Source: Neophaeotheca triangularis
Taxonomy: Eukaryota
Direction of reading: 5' to 3'
Length of the DNA stretch: 64,000 bases
Assembly (NCBI GenBank): GCA_054600435.1
Contig: BAAIJX010000035.1
Location: 1 to 64,000 of the forward strand
The notes beneath the pieces were generated by a model. The model searched no databases and was not told the DNA's origin. It saw only the letters and a program-made list of their open reading frames with translations. The position numbers and the translations under genes were made by a program. Positions 60,955 through 64,000 of this stretch are shown one piece after another. The first letter of the stretch is position 1. Each line of letters begins with the position of its first letter.

Positions 60955-61299
60955 ACGTCGACTTTTTAAATTATTCTTCGTACCTGTGCAAAGCAAATAC
61001 TATGGACATGCCAAACGCCTTTGTAATGAAACGAGACCGCTGCGATTGACGAGACCTTTGAATTTGGGGTACATGCGTGACTTGGCTTTGCCTAGGCTAG
61101 CTAGCTATCCACACCGCATCGCTAGAAGTAAGTCGCCGTAATCGCAAAGCCCATCCACGGTGCCCGGTGGTTCTGGAAAGGTTTGTACCCTTGGCCTGGT
61201 CTGGCTCGTATTCGTGCTTGAGGCGGCTCAACGTATCGCCCTCCTCTTCACTGAAAACTCGATCAAGCGACAGTGTTTGGAGGACGAAGGGGAAGAGCT

Positions 61300-62665
61300 T
61301 CAGCGCAGGTCAAGGTTGTCGAAGCCGCTCGTGACCTGTGAAAGGTGTCAGCACCGATTCTACGCACGGAACGTGGCCACTGAGGTCGCCCACATCATCG
61401 GCCTCGGTTGCCCAGACGGTGCCTCCGTCTTCGATACCGAGCTAATGCGGACAAGCGGTTTAGCCGGCCATCCCTCGGGTCGCTTGAGCTTCTGGGAAAC
61501 CCACCACTTCGATAGTGTCGCTGCGATCCACCGCCAGGCCATCGAAGCTGTAAACGCAGCCTTTGGCGCCCTTGTCGCGCTCCTCGTAGGCCTTTGCGAC
61601 CTTTTCGAACTGCGACGACGGCTTCACCTTGAAGTGGACACTGGCTCTGGCCTTGTGTGCGACTTCGACATTGATGCCGGGGCCCTGCTCGCGCGGTAGC
61701 TCGGGACGCTGGACCACTGCTTGGATGACGTCTCCGTCCACGAGCCCAATCTAGTCCTTGGTCAGATTCGCTCAAAGACCGACGGAAGGAGTCTTGGGTG
61801 GATGAAGAGGGATGCATACTTACGCCGGAAGCACTGTCGGTTTCAAGAAGCAAGTTGCCGTCATGAAAGAAATCCACGCTGGAGTAGCCAGTGCGCCCGC
61901 GATAATGCGTGAAGAGCCTGGCCAACGAGCCGTTCTCTCTAATTTTGTAGTAGACTTCTCCGGGGCCCCATCTGACACTGATAGTGAGGGAATTGGCAGT
62001 GGCAGAGGAAGCGTTGTTGTCGATTCCGGAGTCGTTTGCGAATTGGATCGCGACCTGAACATCTTGGGGGTCGACGTTATCGCTAGCGCTGTTGGAAGCC
62101 CGGGCGTGATCGTCGATGTCGTGAGTGTTGGCGAGCGTGCGACCACCAATTTGCTCGATGTACGCCTCAATAATGTCCCCGTCCTCCATCTCGAGCTGTG
62201 GGGGTGGATCAGCGGTCGCCTTGGGAGAGGAGGGGGGGGGGGGGAAACTCGTCAAGGCGCAGCAGCGTGAGTCGGTTCACTTACATCAGCGGGCGTCTGG
62301 TCGGGCCCAACCCTGTTGCCATCGACCAAGTAGCGCATGCCAGTCTGACCTGTGCGAGCGGAGTGCGCATCCATGACTTTGCCGAGCTTCGTGGTAGATT
62401 TGATTTTGAACGTCAACTCATTGCCTTCTTGCGTCTTGACCACGACGGACATGGGCTGAGGCACTGAAGGGTCACCACCACCGCCGGCCGCAGCAGCAGC
62501 GGCCTGGTCGGCGCCGTTGTTGGTATTGTCAGGAGTCTCCATGTTGCCGTTTGGGATGTTGGAAGTGGAGTAAGATGGGTTGTTCTCTGGGGACTCCTGT
62601 TCTGCGCCTTCGTCCTGGACGGTTGGGGTACGGTAGCCAGAAGGTGCTTGCTGGTGGTCTGTCAT
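61300..62665 (-). CDS. Protein with three tandem SUMO-like domains and an internal EQIGG motif (introns 62196-62284, 61751-61823, 61442-61504, possibly ~61336-61393)
   Basis: Domain 1: MSVVVKTQEGNELTFKIKSTTKLGKVMDA..MRYLVDGNRVGPDQTPAD|LEMEDGDIIEAYIEQIGG. Domain 2: EVYYKIRE..FFHDGNLLLETDSASG|IGLVDGDVIQA. Domain 3: VHFKVKPSSQFEKV..YSFDGLAVDRSDTIEV|LGIEDGGTVWA. Confidence 0.8.
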
Positions 62666-63150
62666 GCTTTTTAGGTGGAGGTGAGGAGGTGGATAGGTGT
62701 CTGTTGGTGGTAGGTGTTGTTTTGGAGGGTTGTGAGACAAAGGACGGGCCGTGGGCCGAGGTGAGACTTACGAGTGAAGTCGTTGGTGGAAACACCTAGC
62801 AGCTTCCGAGGAAAGTGAGATGGAGGTTGGAGTGGAAGAGTTGTGTGAAAGGTGCCAGTCAGGTAGGTGAGACGAGGGAAGTGAGGTGAGGTGAGGTCAA
62901 GACAAAGCCTAAAGAAGAATTAAAGGCTGAGGAATTAAAAGAAGGGGCAATCGTGCAAGCCTGTCACGTGCGCCTCCTTGGGTATCTGGGTACATGTATC
63001 TTACCTACTACTCCTACATTATGCATTTAATCGTTAAACCATCAACACCTTCATCCGATGCGGTCCGATTACTCCTCGCAACAAAGAAGCAACTCCCATC
63101 AACATCCGCCTTTTGTCCTAAAATACGCCGCTTCCCTGGCTCAAGCATGA

Positions 63151-64000
63151 TCATCTCCCGGTAACGGCAGCAATGGCAAGGTCGTCTATGCGCTGCTTGT
63201 ACAGCGCCATGTAATGCATTGTAGGATCCCCGAAAATAACTCCTCGCAACTGATCGTCAGTAGTCATTACAGCCTCGACCCCCTTTGACCTATGTCTTCC
63301 GTGCTGCTCACGCAAGACCACGACATGACCAGCGTTGGAAAGTGTTGATGGCGGCACTGCCCACTTTGGAGGCCGCAATTTCTTCTTCGGAGCTTCAGGC
63401 TTGTGTTTGTCCTTCTTCAATAGCAGTGTCAGAGCGCTACCGCCTTTCTTGGGCTTCTGCGCTGGTTGCTCCGAGACGTACACGGTTTCGGGAGCGGGTG
63501 TTACGATGAGTTTGGCGAGGGAGCGCATGTACGGCAGATCGGCACGCACAACAAGATCACCCTCATTAGCGAAGGAGAGGAAGACGCTCTTTTGCAGACT
63601 CCTGCGGGCTGGCTTCTGGAGTGGCATCAACGAGACTGGAGGTGCACCGAATGTGACACAGTGGACTCTCTTGAATACCCCGGTGAGAGGAGTGAGCTCG
63701 GAGGCGCAATGAGGCGAGGTCGAGAGCATGTGCATGTACAGCAAGGACGCGACGGCTCCGCCAGCAGAGTGTCCCGTGATTAGAAGCGAACTGCTTGATC
63801 TCGAAGGATCTTGCTCCAGCAACTCCCTCAACCGCCTTGCGACCGGCTTGACCATTGATTGAGCGACACCGAGGAATCCGGAATGGCAGGCATTGCCGTC
63901 GTCATCCAAGAAACCGATGGGAGCAGTAGGCGAAAGAGTAAAGTTTACCGCCCAGTCGATGAGATTCTTCTGGGAACCCCGAATAGCGAACACTATCAGG
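63151..64000 (-). CDS. Class 3 lipase family protein (5' part outside the window)
   Basis: AIRGS, CHSGF, ITGHSAGGAVA, CVTFGAPP, NEGDLV and a C-terminal His. Confidence 0.9.
   Translation of the reverse strand, partial: LIVFAIRGSQKNLIDWAVNFTLSPTAPIGFLDDDGNACHSGFLGVAQSMVKPVARRLRELLEQDPSRSSSSLLITGHSAGGAVASLLYMHMLSTSPHCASELTPLTGVFKRVHCVTFGAPPVSLMPLQKPARRSLQKSVFLSFANEGDLVVRADLPYMRSLAKLIVTPAPETVYVSEQPAQKPKKGGSALTLLLKKDKHKPEAPKKKLRPPKWAVPPSTLSNAGHVVVLREQHGRHRSKGVEAVMTTDDQLRGVIFGDPTMHYMALYKQRIDDLAIAAVTGR

Noticed and set aside
1..64000. tRNA or rRNA (including 5S) genes and a secondary-metabolite cluster
   Set aside because: No cloverleaf or rRNA-like sequence recognised by eye; the MBOAT, SDR and lipase genes are dispersed and there is no PKS/NRPS backbone.

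Overview
Eukaryotic, intron-containing DNA from a filamentous ascomycete; a Dothideomycete/Mycosphaerellales-like fungus is inferred from gene content and intron signals. Most of the window is a compact run of conserved genes: EngB/MRX8-type GTPase, FMC1, Pho85 cyclin, MBOAT_2 acyltransferase, NCS6, SAS3-type MYST acetyltransferase, complex I MWFE subunit, UDS1 coiled-coil protein, velvet regulator vosA, F-box-like protein, APD1, an OB-fold protein, WBP2-like, STU2, PAC1/LIS1, an SDR, an 11-intron GH76, RPL8, a PrnX/OCD-like enzyme, MRPL27, UTP14 and a partial class-3 lipase. Three regions stand out. (1) At 204-2947 (-) is a RIP-inactivated ~896-codon tyrosine recombinase with five C-terminal zinc fingers, with a 43-bp tandem array and an inverted-repeat cluster upstream; it is a probable Crypton/Starship-captain-like mobile element that may extend beyond the left edge. 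(2) At ~61300-62665 (-) is a gene with three tandem SUMO-like domains, each split by an intron at the same position, and an internal EQIGG cleavage motif; it resembles a poly-SUMO precursor. (3) At ~24450-28900 is an orphan island with a ~191-bp triplicate, a Gly/Met heptad-repeat ORF and a mosaic of shuffled repeat modules. Gene names come from motif recognition only, with no database search, and exon boundaries were read by eye.
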